The notes under the pieces: model-generated
What the model saw: only the letters and a program-made list of their open reading frames with translations
What the model was told of the DNA's origin: nothing
The model's database searches: none
Assembly: GCA_963705105.1 (NCBI GenBank)
Contig: CAVPIW010000012.1
Span: 320,001-384,000 of the forward strand
Length of the DNA stretch: 64,000 nt
Reading direction: 5' to 3'
DNA from: an uncultured Nitrospiraceae bacterium
GTDB lineage: Bacteria; Nitrospirota; Thermodesulfovibrionia; Thermodesulfovibrionales; Dissulfurispiraceae
Translations under genes and position numbers: made by a program
Part shown: one piece after another, positions 33,440 through 42,761 of the stretch
Position numbering within the stretch: position 1 is the stretch's first letter
Layout of the letters: every line of letters begins with the position of its first letter

Positions 33440-33680
33440 TACTCCTGCCTGTCTTCACAGTCCGGTGACGAACAATCTCTGCCGGTGACGGAAACGTGCG
33501 CTTTCATGATGCAGCGCAATGTTTCTCCGCCGCATAATGATCGTTCAGAGGATGCACGGCATCTCAGGGGCTGCTTCCGCCGTGTAACGGCTGAGTCGGT
33601 TCTGCATCCTTTCATCGGGCGACAACTAACCGGTTGCAAACACTTCATGCGTTGCATGGACCTGTGAGAAAGGAGAAGAT

Positions 33681-35015
33681 ATGAGTATTCGAAACGTCAG
33701 AATAACGCTGGCAATAGTTGTGTTGCTCTTTGTTGCGGCCGTCTCATACCACACGCTCGCCACGGCGGACCCCCGTAAGGGAAACCCAGCCCCGTCGTTT
33801 CTGAGAGAGGAGTCCCTGCGCGGCAGCATGCAGGGCAAGTCCGCAATAGCCCTGGACTTGAACGGTGACGGAAATGACGATCTCGTTGTCGGCGCCCCGT
33901 ACGCGCAGCACAGGGGGGCCTCGGGCGCCCTGCTCGTGTACCTGGGAACTTCCCGAGGTTTTGCGAATCGACCGTCGGCAGTGATCAGCGGCGAGGGCAA
34001 TCTCGGCTGGAGCCTGGTATCACTGGGCGATATAGACGGCGACGGAAAGGACGATTTCGCTGCCGGGGCCGTCAACGGCAGCGGTGACAGCGCGTCCCTC
34101 GCAGGGACGGTCGTCATCTATAAGGGTGGTAAATCCCCACGGGCTGTTGCCGTGCTGGAGGGTGACACGGCACTGGACAGATTCGGCTATGCCCTTGCCT
34201 CGGGAGATGTCAACGGCGACGGGAGGAGCGATCTGATTGTCGGTGCCCCCCTGCATTCGCCGGATCCGTCTCTCTATCAGCAGGGCGCCGTCTATGTCTT
34301 TTTCGGACCCCGGTTCGACAGGGCGGACGCCGTCAAGATTGCCGCGACCACGGCGAACGGCGGCCTCGGCTTCACTGTTGCAGCGGGCGACATCAACAAT
34401 GACGGATTTGATGACGTCCTCCTCGGAGCGAGCGGTAAAGTCATCGTTTACTTGGGCGGTGCTTCATTCTCTCCGGTCACTCCTGACATCGTCTTCACCA
34501 GCAGGGACGCAGGCTTTGGACGTGCCATTGCGGTTCTCTGGGATGTGAACGGCGACGGCTTCAGGGACGTTGCTCTGGGGGCTTTCCAGGCAGTCATCAG
34601 CGGCATTGCCGACTGCGGCCGTCTCTTTGTTTTGAAGGGAGGCCCAGGACCGGGGACGGTCAATGCGGACGTCCCTTCGGACAACAGGCTGGCCGTCATA
34701 GACGGCGAGCTCAATTCCGGGCAGTTCGCCGCAACGGTCGTTTCTGCAAAAGACGCAAGCAGCAACAGCATCCTTGCGGTGAGCGCGACCCATGCAGACG
34801 GCAGCCATTGGCTCATGACGGGCAAGATCTTCCTCTTCGGGCCTGATCTCACCGCGGTGAAGACCATGTCCGGCGAGGGCCGTGACATGCACCTCGGCTC
34901 CTCTCTTGCCGTCGCTCAGGGGCGGTGGGGCGCCCTGCTGGCCGCAGGGGCGCCGACGGAGATGATCAATACCGGTGGTGTGCGGCTTTATGACCTGAAC
35001 GCACCGGCACGGTGA
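33681..35015 (+). CDS. Secreted FG-GAP/integrin-alpha repeat protein
   Basis: Signal peptide; repeated GDxNGDGxxDLxVGAP. Confidence 0.9.
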   Translation: MSIRNVRITLAIVVLLFVAAVSYHTLATADPRKGNPAPSFLREESLRGSMQGKSAIALDLNGDGNDDLVVGAPYAQHRGASGALLVYLGTSRGFANRPSAVISGEGNLGWSLVSLGDIDGDGKDDFAAGAVNGSGDSASLAGTVVIYKGGKSPRAVAVLEGDTALDRFGYALASGDVNGDGRSDLIVGAPLHSPDPSLYQQGAVYVFFGPRFDRADAVKIAATTANGGLGFTVAAGDINNDGFDDVLLGASGKVIVYLGGASFSPVTPDIVFTSRDAGFGRAIAVLWDVNGDGFRDVALGAFQAVISGIADCGRLFVLKGGPGPGTVNADVPSDNRLAVIDGELNSGQFAATVVSAKDASSNSILAVSATHADGSHWLMTGKIFLFGPDLTAVKTMSGEGRDMHLGSSLAVAQGRWGALLAAGAPTEMINTGGVRLYDLNAPAR

Positions 35016-35049
35016 CGGCACCGATCCAGGAAAAGAAAGGGGAAGATCC

Positions 35050-36128
35050 ATGAAAAAGATTGTCATCATCTGTTTGTGTATCGTCTTTCTCGGCGCTGCC
35101 GCTGTGGCTGCCGTGTACGACCAAAGCAATTTTTCCTCCTTCGGGCGGCTGTTCCAGCCTGCACCGGACGGACACATCGTCGGCAAGGACAACGGGCCGG
35201 GTCACGGCACCCATCATCCCGGCGAGGACTGCGGGAAGTGCCACCGCGTCGGCGGAAGGGCGGAGGCTTATCTCTTCACGATGGCGGGTACCCTGTACAA
35301 GGACCGTGCGGGCAGGGAGGTGCTCAAGGGCGGCGAGATCATCCTGGAGGACCGTGACGGCAACGTCATCAGCATGACCAGTAACGAAGCGGGAAACTTC
35401 TGGACCTACTCGCTCCGTCGCGAGCGATCCCTACACCGTATCGACATATCACGGTCACGAGCCCTTCATGCCGCTCTATGTGCTGGACGACAAGGGGAAC
35501 CTCGTCCAGCCGGCCGATCCCGACGATCCAAGGACATGGAAGTACAAGACCTGGGCACGCAAGGGAAGCTCGTCACGGCCTATGGTGAGCATCGCCGGCG
35601 TAGGCGGAGGAACGGCGACGACGACCCGCATGAGCTGCAACATGCACCACGGGGGTATTGCGGCCTCACGGGGGGCCCTTTTCGTCGGCAAGGGAGCCGA
35701 CACTTTCCCGTTATCCCGCCTCGGGCCTGAGTTACCGCAAGCACATCTACCCGATCCTGCGCACCAACTGTGCGCCCTGCCATATTCCCGGCAGCACCGT
35801 GACATCGAAAAACACCAAAACGGACCACGACACGCCTTCCACCGCTGTCGACTACAGTAGCGGTCTCGACCTCATGACCTACGAGGGATCGGCGGTGCAG
35901 TCGCCTGTTTATGACAGCGCCGGCAAGGTCATCGGATCCAAACTGATCTCCAAGGCAGGCGTCAAGAGCGTCGTGGACGTGGGCAGTCCTGAGCGGAGCC
36001 TCCTGTTGCTCAAGACCGTCTCCGGCTCGATGCACGGAGGAGGGGCATTCTGGAACGAACGCGCCCCTGATTATCTCGCCATCAGGCAGTGGATCGCCGA
36101 AGGCGCAAAGGGGCCATCGGACGATTAG
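35050..36128 (+). CDS. Exported c-type cytochrome-like protein (two +1 frameshifts, ~35412 and ~35700)
   Basis: Signal peptide; CGKCH, CNMHH, CAPCH; ends IRQWIAEGAK; spans three successive frames. Confidence 0.7.
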
Positions 36129-36142
36129 ATGACATCGTAGAA

Positions 36143-36193
36143 CAATAAACAAGTCTGACCCCTGAATCACAAAGGGGTCAGACTTGTTTATTG
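36143..36193. repeat. REP-like palindrome
   Basis: Perfect 20-bp inverted repeat caataaacaagtctgacccc / ggggtcagacttgtttattg. Confidence 0.85.
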
Positions 36194-36471
36194 CTTTTAA
36201 GCGCGATGCTCTGCGTGAGCGGGGAGAGTATTTGCCGCCCCTACATAGACTTTTTTCCTCACCGTTAAGAAAAAAGCAAAAAAGGTCAAAAAAAGAGAAA
36301 AAATGTCAAGACAACGCTGGGTTTTTCTGCTATAAAGAAATCAGAAAAGCATTGAGGGTGATTTGTTACAGGGAAAAGCCCATCCTGAAGGCTTGCAAGA
36401 TAAGCACGCTGGGAGTTCGCTATTGATAATTGCTGCTCATGCCTCCGGTGAGGCTAAAGGAGGGTTCAGAC

Positions 36472-38757
36472 ATGCCAATCCCGTTCTACGAAGAGGAGTT
36501 TGAGTTTGCGCAGCCCGACGGAAGTCGGATCAGGCTCATAGGCTGGGGGAACCAGAACAACGCGATCTTTGAAACTCCCGAAGGCTTCACGGTCGTGAAA
36601 GACCCTCTGAGCGGCTTTTACCATTACGCGAAGCCAGCAGACGGGCAGTACCTTGAATCTTCGGGGGTGAGGGTGGGGGCTGCAGACCCCGTAGCCCTGG
36701 GTTTGGCGAGGCACCTCCGGGCCACGAGGAACGTGGTGAGGGCGATGGCCCGGGCGGCGTTTCGTCCCGCTGAATCCAAGAGCCGATGGCAGGTGAGGCG
36801 GGAGAGGGTGAGGTTGGCCCGGCGGATGGCGATGCTGGCACCCGGCATTCTGCCGGCGCCGCCCAGCGAAGAGAGGAAGGGCGAATACGCCGGCCTCTGC
36901 ATTCTCGTCCAGTTTCCTGACGTTCCCGGCAGCATCGTCCAGGCTGACGTGTCGGACTTCTGCAACAAGAAGGGCTACAGCGGCTTCGGAAACAACGGGT
37001 CCGTCTATGACTACTTCTATGATGTCTCCCGGGGCAAGCTCGAGTACACAAACATCGTGACGCCTTACTGCACGGCGAAGAAGCCGAAGGACTATTACAC
37101 GAATAGTGCTATCCCGCAGCCGGTGCGGGCCGTTGAGCTTATCGAGGAAGCGCTTTCCGCCCTGAAATCGGGTGGCTTTGATTTCAGCGAGCTGAGCGTG
37201 GACGACGAGGGCTACGTATACGCGCTGAACGTCTTTTATGCCGGGCCCCGCACCAACGAATGGGCAAAGGGGCTGTGGCCGCACAGCTGGCACCTGGACG
37301 CGCCGTTCGATATCGGAAACGGCAGGAAATTCTACGATTACCAGATCACTGACATGGGCAGCGAACTGTCTCTGGCAACCTTCTGTCATGAAAACGGTCA
37401 TATGATCTGCGATTTCCCGGACCTCTACGACTACGGTCTGGACGATCCGCTCGGTCAGGCCGAGTCGAACGGGGTCGGCGTATACTGCCTCATGTGCGCA
37501 GGCGGGAGTAACAGGAAGAATCCGGCTCAGGTGTGCGGCTATCTCAGGTACAAGGCCGGATGGGCCGACCTGGTGACTCCGATCACGGAGGGCGTCTACA
37601 CGGCGAACGCCGACAGAAACGAGTTCTTCATCCGCGCCAAGAGCCGCACCGAATACTTTCTTGTGGAGGCCAGGCACAAGGAAGGCAGGGACATCTCATT
37701 GCCCGTTTCAGGTCTAGCCATATGGCATGTGGACGAGCTGGGCAGCAATGATTTCGAAGAAATGCAGCCCAACAAGCATTACGAATGCTCGCTCGAACAG
37801 GCAGACAACCTCTTCCAGCTCGAGAAAGGATTGAACATCGGCGACGCGGGGGATCTGTTTGCCGCGCCGGGCAAGGGCAGTTTCGGCGATGCCACGGCCC
37901 CGAGCAGCAGGTGGTGGGACGGCACGTCATCGTGGCTTGAGATAGCCGAGATAAGCCCTCCGGGCCGTCAGATGACCTTCAGATCGAAGGGGGGGGATAC
38001 CTTCAGCAAGACATCGTCTCCCGCCAAGGCCATACCTGACAATAACCAGGACGGGGTGCGCGACATTATTGTCTTTGACGACGGGGCTGTTGTAGGATCT
38101 CTGAAGGTGAGCGTCGACATTACTCACCCGTGGCGGGGAGACCTCAGCCTGACCCTGATATCCCCTTCCGCTAACACTGCCGTCCTCCTGAACAGAAACG
38201 GCGGAGGGAATCCGGACGTGAAAACTACCTTCGACATATCCTCCGCGCCCGATCTTCGCAATCTCGCTGACCGGCCCCTGAAAGGTCAATGGACCCTGTG
38301 GGTGCAGGATCTCGGAGCGTCCGACGAAGGCGTTCTCAACAGCTGGGGCCTTGATGTCGAGTCAAAGGAAGGCGGGCCGGGAGCCGTCATCGAGCTGGAG
38401 GAGCTGTCCGCCGCGAAGATACCGGACAATGACCCCGCGGGAATCACGCGCATCGTGAACACCGATGCCCCCGGTCATGTCAAACACGTTGAGGTGTCCG
38501 TCGACATAACGCACACGTACATCGGAGACCTGATAGTGAGCCTGATTTCACCCCAGGGCACGTCGACGGATCTGCACCACCGGATCGGCGGCTCGCAGGA
38601 CAACCTCATAAAGACCTATACCGTTTCCACGACGCCTGACCTGAACAAACTGACAGGGGAACCGATCAAGGGCGAGTGGCGGCTGAAGGTGGTCGATCAG
38701 GATGCGGCGGATGCGGGCAAACTCAACCGGTGGTCCCTGCGGATCATCCCGTCATAG
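36472..38757 (+). CDS. M6 family (immune inhibitor A-like) metalloprotease with two proprotein convertase P-domains
   Basis: GSVYDYF, HENGH zinc motif, PDLYD; two ITHxxxGDL...GxWxL repeats. Confidence 0.9.
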   Translation: MPIPFYEEEFEFAQPDGSRIRLIGWGNQNNAIFETPEGFTVVKDPLSGFYHYAKPADGQYLESSGVRVGAADPVALGLARHLRATRNVVRAMARAAFRPAESKSRWQVRRERVRLARRMAMLAPGILPAPPSEERKGEYAGLCILVQFPDVPGSIVQADVSDFCNKKGYSGFGNNGSVYDYFYDVSRGKLEYTNIVTPYCTAKKPKDYYTNSAIPQPVRAVELIEEALSALKSGGFDFSELSVDDEGYVYALNVFYAGPRTNEWAKGLWPHSWHLDAPFDIGNGRKFYDYQITDMGSELSLATFCHENGHMICDFPDLYDYGLDDPLGQAESNGVGVYCLMCAGGSNRKNPAQVCGYLRYKAGWADLVTPITEGVYTANADRNEFFIRAKSRTEYFLVEARHKEGRDISLPVSGLAIWHVDELGSNDFEEMQPNKHYECSLEQADNLFQLEKGLNIGDAGDLFAAPGKGSFGDATAPSSRWWDGTSSWLEIAEISPPGRQMTFRSKGGDTFSKTSSPAKAIPDNNQDGVRDIIVFDDGAVVGSLKVSVDITHPWRGDLSLTLISPSANTAVLLNRNGGGNPDVKTTFDISSAPDLRNLADRPLKGQWTLWVQDLGASDEGVLNSWGLDVESKEGGPGAVIELEELSAAKIPDNDPAGITRIVNTDAPGHVKHVEVSVDITHTYIGDLIVSLISPQGTSTDLHHRIGGSQDNLIKTYTVSTTPDLNKLTGEPIKGEWRLKVVDQDAADAGKLNRWSLRIIPS

Positions 38758-38776
38758 GGAGTGTGAGGCGCGAAGG

Positions 38777-38819
38777 CAATAAACAAGTCTGACCCCATTT
38801 GACATCGGGGTCAGACTTG
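38777..38819. repeat. REP-like palindrome, second copy
   Basis: Left arm identical to 36143-36162. Confidence 0.85.
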
Positions 38820-38829
38820 CGATTTGCGT

Positions 38830-39705
38830 TTAAGAGCCTAAATACCTGGTGAACCAGGCGACGCAACGGCGCCAGGCGTCTTTCGCGGCATCGGGCCGGT
38901 AGCTGGGGCGGTAGTCGGCGTGGAAGGCGTGCGGGGCATCGGGATAGATGACGAACTCCACAGTCTTCCCCGCTTTCATCAGCGCCGATTCCATCTCCCT
39001 GACATCCGCGACGGGAATGCCAAGGTCTTTTTCCCCGTACAGGCCGAGGACCGGCGCGTTGATTTGCGCGGCCACATCGATCGGTCCCACCGTACGGATG
39101 CTCGTGGTTTTCGCCGGTTTGAGTTGGCCGTACCAGGCGACGGCCGCCTTTACCTCGCTGTTGCGGGCTGCATAGAGGAATGTGTACAACCCGCCCCTGC
39201 AGAAACCGGTCACGCCGAGCCGGTCGGCCCGGGCCGACGGGTGCTTTTTTGCATATGCCACGAGGGAGTCCATGTCCGCCATCACCCTTTCGTCCGGTAC
39301 GGAGTCGGCCACCTTCCTGACTTCCGCGATGTCGCTCAGGTGCGCAACCCCGCCGTCCCGCGCATAGGGTTCGAAGGTGATTGAGAGAAACCCCGCCTTG
39401 GCGAAACGCCGTGTCACATCTTTGATATGCTCGTGCATTCCGAAGATCTCGGGAAGGACGAGCACGACCGGGTATTTCCCGGCTGCTGCAGGGCATGCCT
39501 CGTAGACCGGCACTGGGAATCCTCCCGAGCTGACCGTCACGTTTGCGGTGGTGAGACCTTCCGGTGAAGTCGTGATGATCTCTCCCCGGACGGGCTTGGC
39601 GGCTGCTGCGAAACCGGCAAGGGCGACCCCCGCCGAGCTCATCCATGCAAGGAACTGCCGGCGGGACATCCCCGCATATGCGTTTGCTATCCAATCTTCG
39701 ATCAT
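38830..39705 (-). CDS. Dienelactone hydrolase family protein with Tat-like signal
   Basis: SRRQFL; PEIFG, GFCRGG, HAFHADYRPSY. Confidence 0.92.
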   Translation of the reverse strand: MIEDWIANAYAGMSRRQFLAWMSSAGVALAGFAAAAKPVRGEIITTSPEGLTTANVTVSSGGFPVPVYEACPAAAGKYPVVLVLPEIFGMHEHIKDVTRRFAKAGFLSITFEPYARDGGVAHLSDIAEVRKVADSVPDERVMADMDSLVAYAKKHPSARADRLGVTGFCRGGLYTFLYAARNSEVKAAVAWYGQLKPAKTTSIRTVGPIDVAAQINAPVLGLYGEKDLGIPVADVREMESALMKAGKTVEFVIYPDAPHAFHADYRPSYRPDAAKDAWRRCVAWFTRYLGS

Positions 39706-39873
39706 AAATACCTCCCTTATCTCAAGTCGATCTCACACAAAGACGCAAAGAAAGACAAAAACGGCCACTCTGCCACAGAGATCACAGAGAGCACAGAGTA
39801 AAGACTTTCATGAAAAACATAATATAATGACAGTGTCGGTAAAAGGCTCTCGTTGCAACGCAAAACTCCGGTT

Positions 39874-40401
39874 TCACGAAACGAGGTCCGCCTCGGCGTC
39901 GAGGTGGATCGTGACGTCTGTACCGACCATCACTCCTCCACCTGGCAATGGATAGTTCCAGGTGATGCCGAAATCCTCCCTGTTCACTACCGTCACGGCC
40001 GAAAATCCGATGCAGGTGTCACCGTCATCGGTCGTTTTCGGTCCACTCCATTCAGCCTCGAAAGCTACCTCTTTTGTCGTGTCCCGGATCGACAGGTCGC
40101 CGTGCACGCGGAACCCGTTCCCGACCGACGGCTCGACTCGGGTGCTCGTGAATGTTATATGAGGATAAGTCGCAACGTCGAAGAAATCTGGGCTCCGGAG
40201 ATGCTCGTCACGCTTTGCTATGCCTGTCCAGATGCCTGCGACGCCGATGGTCACATCGACCTTTGACCGCGTTATATCTTCGGGATCGAAATCGATGGTT
40301 CCGTTTACCGTGTTGAACTGACCGCGCACGTTCGTTATCATCATATGGCGGATTGAAAAGGCTGCGACGGTATGGTCAGGATCGATCACCCAGCGTGCCA
40401 T
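39874..40401 (-). CDS. YceI family protein
   Basis: WVIDPDH, VRGQF, RDEHLRSPDFFD, REDFG. Confidence 0.92.
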   Translation of the reverse strand: MARWVIDPDHTVAAFSIRHMMITNVRGQFNTVNGTIDFDPEDITRSKVDVTIGVAGIWTGIAKRDEHLRSPDFFDVATYPHITFTSTRVEPSVGNGFRVHGDLSIRDTTKEVAFEAEWSGPKTTDDGDTCIGFSAVTVVNREDFGITWNYPLPGGGVMVGTDVTIHLDAEADLVS

Positions 40402-40458
40402 GGATACCTCCTGAGAGTGATATCGTTTCGGCAGAAATCTGCGCCCTCTCTCATTATA

Positions 40459-40700
40459 CCCTATAGCTGTATGCGCCCTCCGGAAAGGCGGGGTGAAGCA
40501 CTCTGGAAAATAGTGTGAGTGTGAGTGTCAGTGTCAGTTATGTCGGGCCGTTCGGGGAACGGCCCCTACAGGATTCCACTCTCCGCGTCATCAACCACCG
40601 GCTTCTATTTCGTCTTTCCTGTCGGCAAAGGTGTCGCCGCAGCAAGGATTTTTCGGCCATCTTCGCCCGGCCTTTCCGGATGGCTTGTGCGACGATGTGG
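40459..40700. mobile_element. MITE variant with GTGTSA tract and REP-like hairpin
   Basis: Family ends; internal tgtcgggccgttcggggaacggcccctacaggattccactct identical to the 24264 copy. Confidence 0.75.
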
Positions 40701-40752
40701 TTGAAAGAGCCGGCCAGTCATGAGACAGGCGTCCAGCACCGGAACGCCTGCG

Positions 40753-41679
40753 TTATTTCATACACCGGGGATCCGGGCCGGTGATGTCACCGCCGATGAG
40801 GAGTGCATGGGCGGGGCAGCCGCCGTGACACGCGGCATGAAACAGACACTCAGTATCAGGACAGCGGTTCCCTTCAAACGTCCGGAAGAAGAGAAGGACA
40901 GGATTGTTCCAGATCGCTTCAAAGGGGTCGGAGAAGATATTACCCAGCCTGTATTGCCTGTGGCGGACGAGGAGGTAGCAGGGGTAGACGGACCCGTCGG
41001 GCAGGACGGATATCTTTGTCGTTCCTGCCGGGCAACGAAGGGATGCGAGGTGCGGGTACTCCCCGGTATCGGGGATGAAGCCGGAGCAGGAGACGCCCCT
41101 GAGAGATGGATGGGATATCTGCATCTCCCTGAGGATTTCCCTGTATCGTGGGAACGACATGCTTTCTGCCAAGTCGCCCCGGAAGGGCGTATCCATGAAC
41201 AGGAGGTAACAGGCGATATGCGGGTCGTCCAGATAGGGCCGTGCAGCAGCCGGAATTGTGCCGGCGGCGGTGCAGACGCTTTTCAGCATCGGTTTGGCGG
41301 TGACGATGAAATCATGGAGGCGGGGAGGGACGGGTTCGTCGTTGAGCGAAATGCCGAGACGGAAACGTTTCTGCCCGAAGAGCCCCCACAGCATCTCCAG
41401 AGCCGGGACGTCCGTGCCGTTCGTGCTCATAGTGACGGTCAGACCTTTTTCGCAGGCGATGCTGATGATATCAGAGATATGGGGATGGAGGGTAGGCTCG
41501 CCCCCCAGGACGTCGATCTCCCCGATCCCGAGGCCGGCGATGATGTCGGCAAGCCTCCTGAAATCGGGGAGATCCATGTCGGCAGGGCTGTCCAGCCCCC
41601 GGTTGAAACAGAATGAGCAGGCCCTGTTACAGCGCAGGGTCGGAAAGAACTGAATATACCGGGGACGACGATATCTCAT
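40753..41679 (-). CDS. Radical SAM/SPASM protein
   Basis: CNRACSFC, GGEP, CPAG...DGSVYPC, C..C...C.GGC. Confidence 0.9.
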   Translation of the reverse strand: MRYRRPRYIQFFPTLRCNRACSFCFNRGLDSPADMDLPDFRRLADIIAGLGIGEIDVLGGEPTLHPHISDIISIACEKGLTVTMSTNGTDVPALEMLWGLFGQKRFRLGISLNDEPVPPRLHDFIVTAKPMLKSVCTAAGTIPAAARPYLDDPHIACYLLFMDTPFRGDLAESMSFPRYREILREMQISHPSLRGVSCSGFIPDTGEYPHLASLRCPAGTTKISVLPDGSVYPCYLLVRHRQYRLGNIFSDPFEAIWNNPVLLFFRTFEGNRCPDTECLFHAACHGGCPAHALLIGGDITGPDPRCMK

Positions 41680-41680
41680 G

Positions 41681-41797
41681 CTATTGCATCAAAAAGGCGG
41701 AGCAAAGCGCCTCAAGGTCTTTCTGACAGCGACAATGATTATGTGGGGTTCGCTCCCCGAGCAGACCGTCAGGCCGTTCGGGGAGCGAACCCTACAG
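41681..41797. repeat. MITE left-end remnant plus REP-like palindrome
   Basis: ttgcatcaaaaaggcgg..cgcctcaagg, then tgtggggttcgctccccga...tcggggagcgaaccctaca. Confidence 0.7.
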
Positions 41798-41841
41798 TTA
41801 TACAATCCGTCGGCGAAATACTTGCTGAACGGTGTTACGGC

Positions 41842-42162
41842 TCACTTCTCCTTTTTCAGGACGTCATCGGCCCAGCTCAGCGCCGCCGAGACCGTCGGAA
41901 AGCCGATGGTGCTCGTCAGGAGGATGATGGCGTGATAGACTTCTTCCCGCGTGGCACCCGCCTCGAGTGCCCTCCTCGTGTGGGAGTGAACGGAGCCCTC
42001 GGACCGGATGGCCGCCGCTGCAGCCAACTGGATGAGGTGAGTCGTCTTCGTGTCGAGGGGGCCTTCCGTCCGCGCCGCCTTCCCCAGGTTGTCGAGGGCC
42101 TTGAAGACGCCCTTGAACCGCTTCTTGATGCTCACATACTGGTCAGGATATTGCTCAGCCAT
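41842..42162 (-). CDS. Carboxymuconolactone decarboxylase family protein
   Basis: LDTKTTHLI, VHSHTRRALEAGATREE, GFP. Confidence 0.88.
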   Translation of the reverse strand: MAEQYPDQYVSIKKRFKGVFKALDNLGKAARTEGPLDTKTTHLIQLAAAAAIRSEGSVHSHTRRALEAGATREEVYHAIILLTSTIGFPTVSAALSWADDVLKKEK

Positions 42163-42182
42163 ACTTCCCTCCTTAGGCCTCA

Positions 42183-42758
42183 TTAGGAGACAGTTACGAA
42201 CGCCTTCGCCGCCTTGAACACCTCATCAAGGGCGGTGGGGTGATTCAGGATCTCCCCTTTGGCGTCGACGTCGAGATAACTCAGCGTCACATGTTCGGGA
42301 ACGCTGATGGTCCTGAAGAAGGCCTTCGCCGTCGCCTCGGAACACTTGACGCCGATGTCCTTCTTCATGCCGCCGACGAGGAGGAGGAGCCCCTTCCGTC
42401 CGAAGGGGCCCGCCGGTATCGTTTTGTTCATGAGATACTTCTCGCACCACAGGGCCTGGCAGCGGTCGATCATCGTCTTCGCCTGGGCGCTGAGGGAAAA
42501 GAAGAAGATGGGCGAAGCGAGAATGATCCGGTCCGCCGTCCTGATGGAATCATAGACCTCGGCCATGTCGTCATTGATGATGCATTTGCCGCCCTTGTCG
42601 CATCCGCCGCAGTTCTGGCAGGGCTTGATGTTCATGAAGTTCAGCTTATAGAGGACGATCTCGTGCCCCGCCTCCTCAATCGGCTTCAAGGCCTCGCTGA
42701 GGAGGTAATCCGAGTTCCCGTGAATCCTCGGGCTGCCGAGGAACGCAACGACTTTCAT
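42183..42758 (-). CDS. Iron-sulfur flavoprotein / flavodoxin family
   Basis: GSPR..GNS, C..C..C.....C, SPIFF, IDR. Confidence 0.9.
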   Translation of the reverse strand: MKVVAFLGSPRIHGNSDYLLSEALKPIEEAGHEIVLYKLNFMNIKPCQNCGGCDKGGKCIINDDMAEVYDSIRTADRIILASPIFFFSLSAQAKTMIDRCQALWCEKYLMNKTIPAGPFGRKGLLLLVGGMKKDIGVKCSEATAKAFFRTISVPEHVTLSYLDVDAKGEILNHPTALDEVFKAAKAFVTVS

Positions 42759-42761
42759 TCA

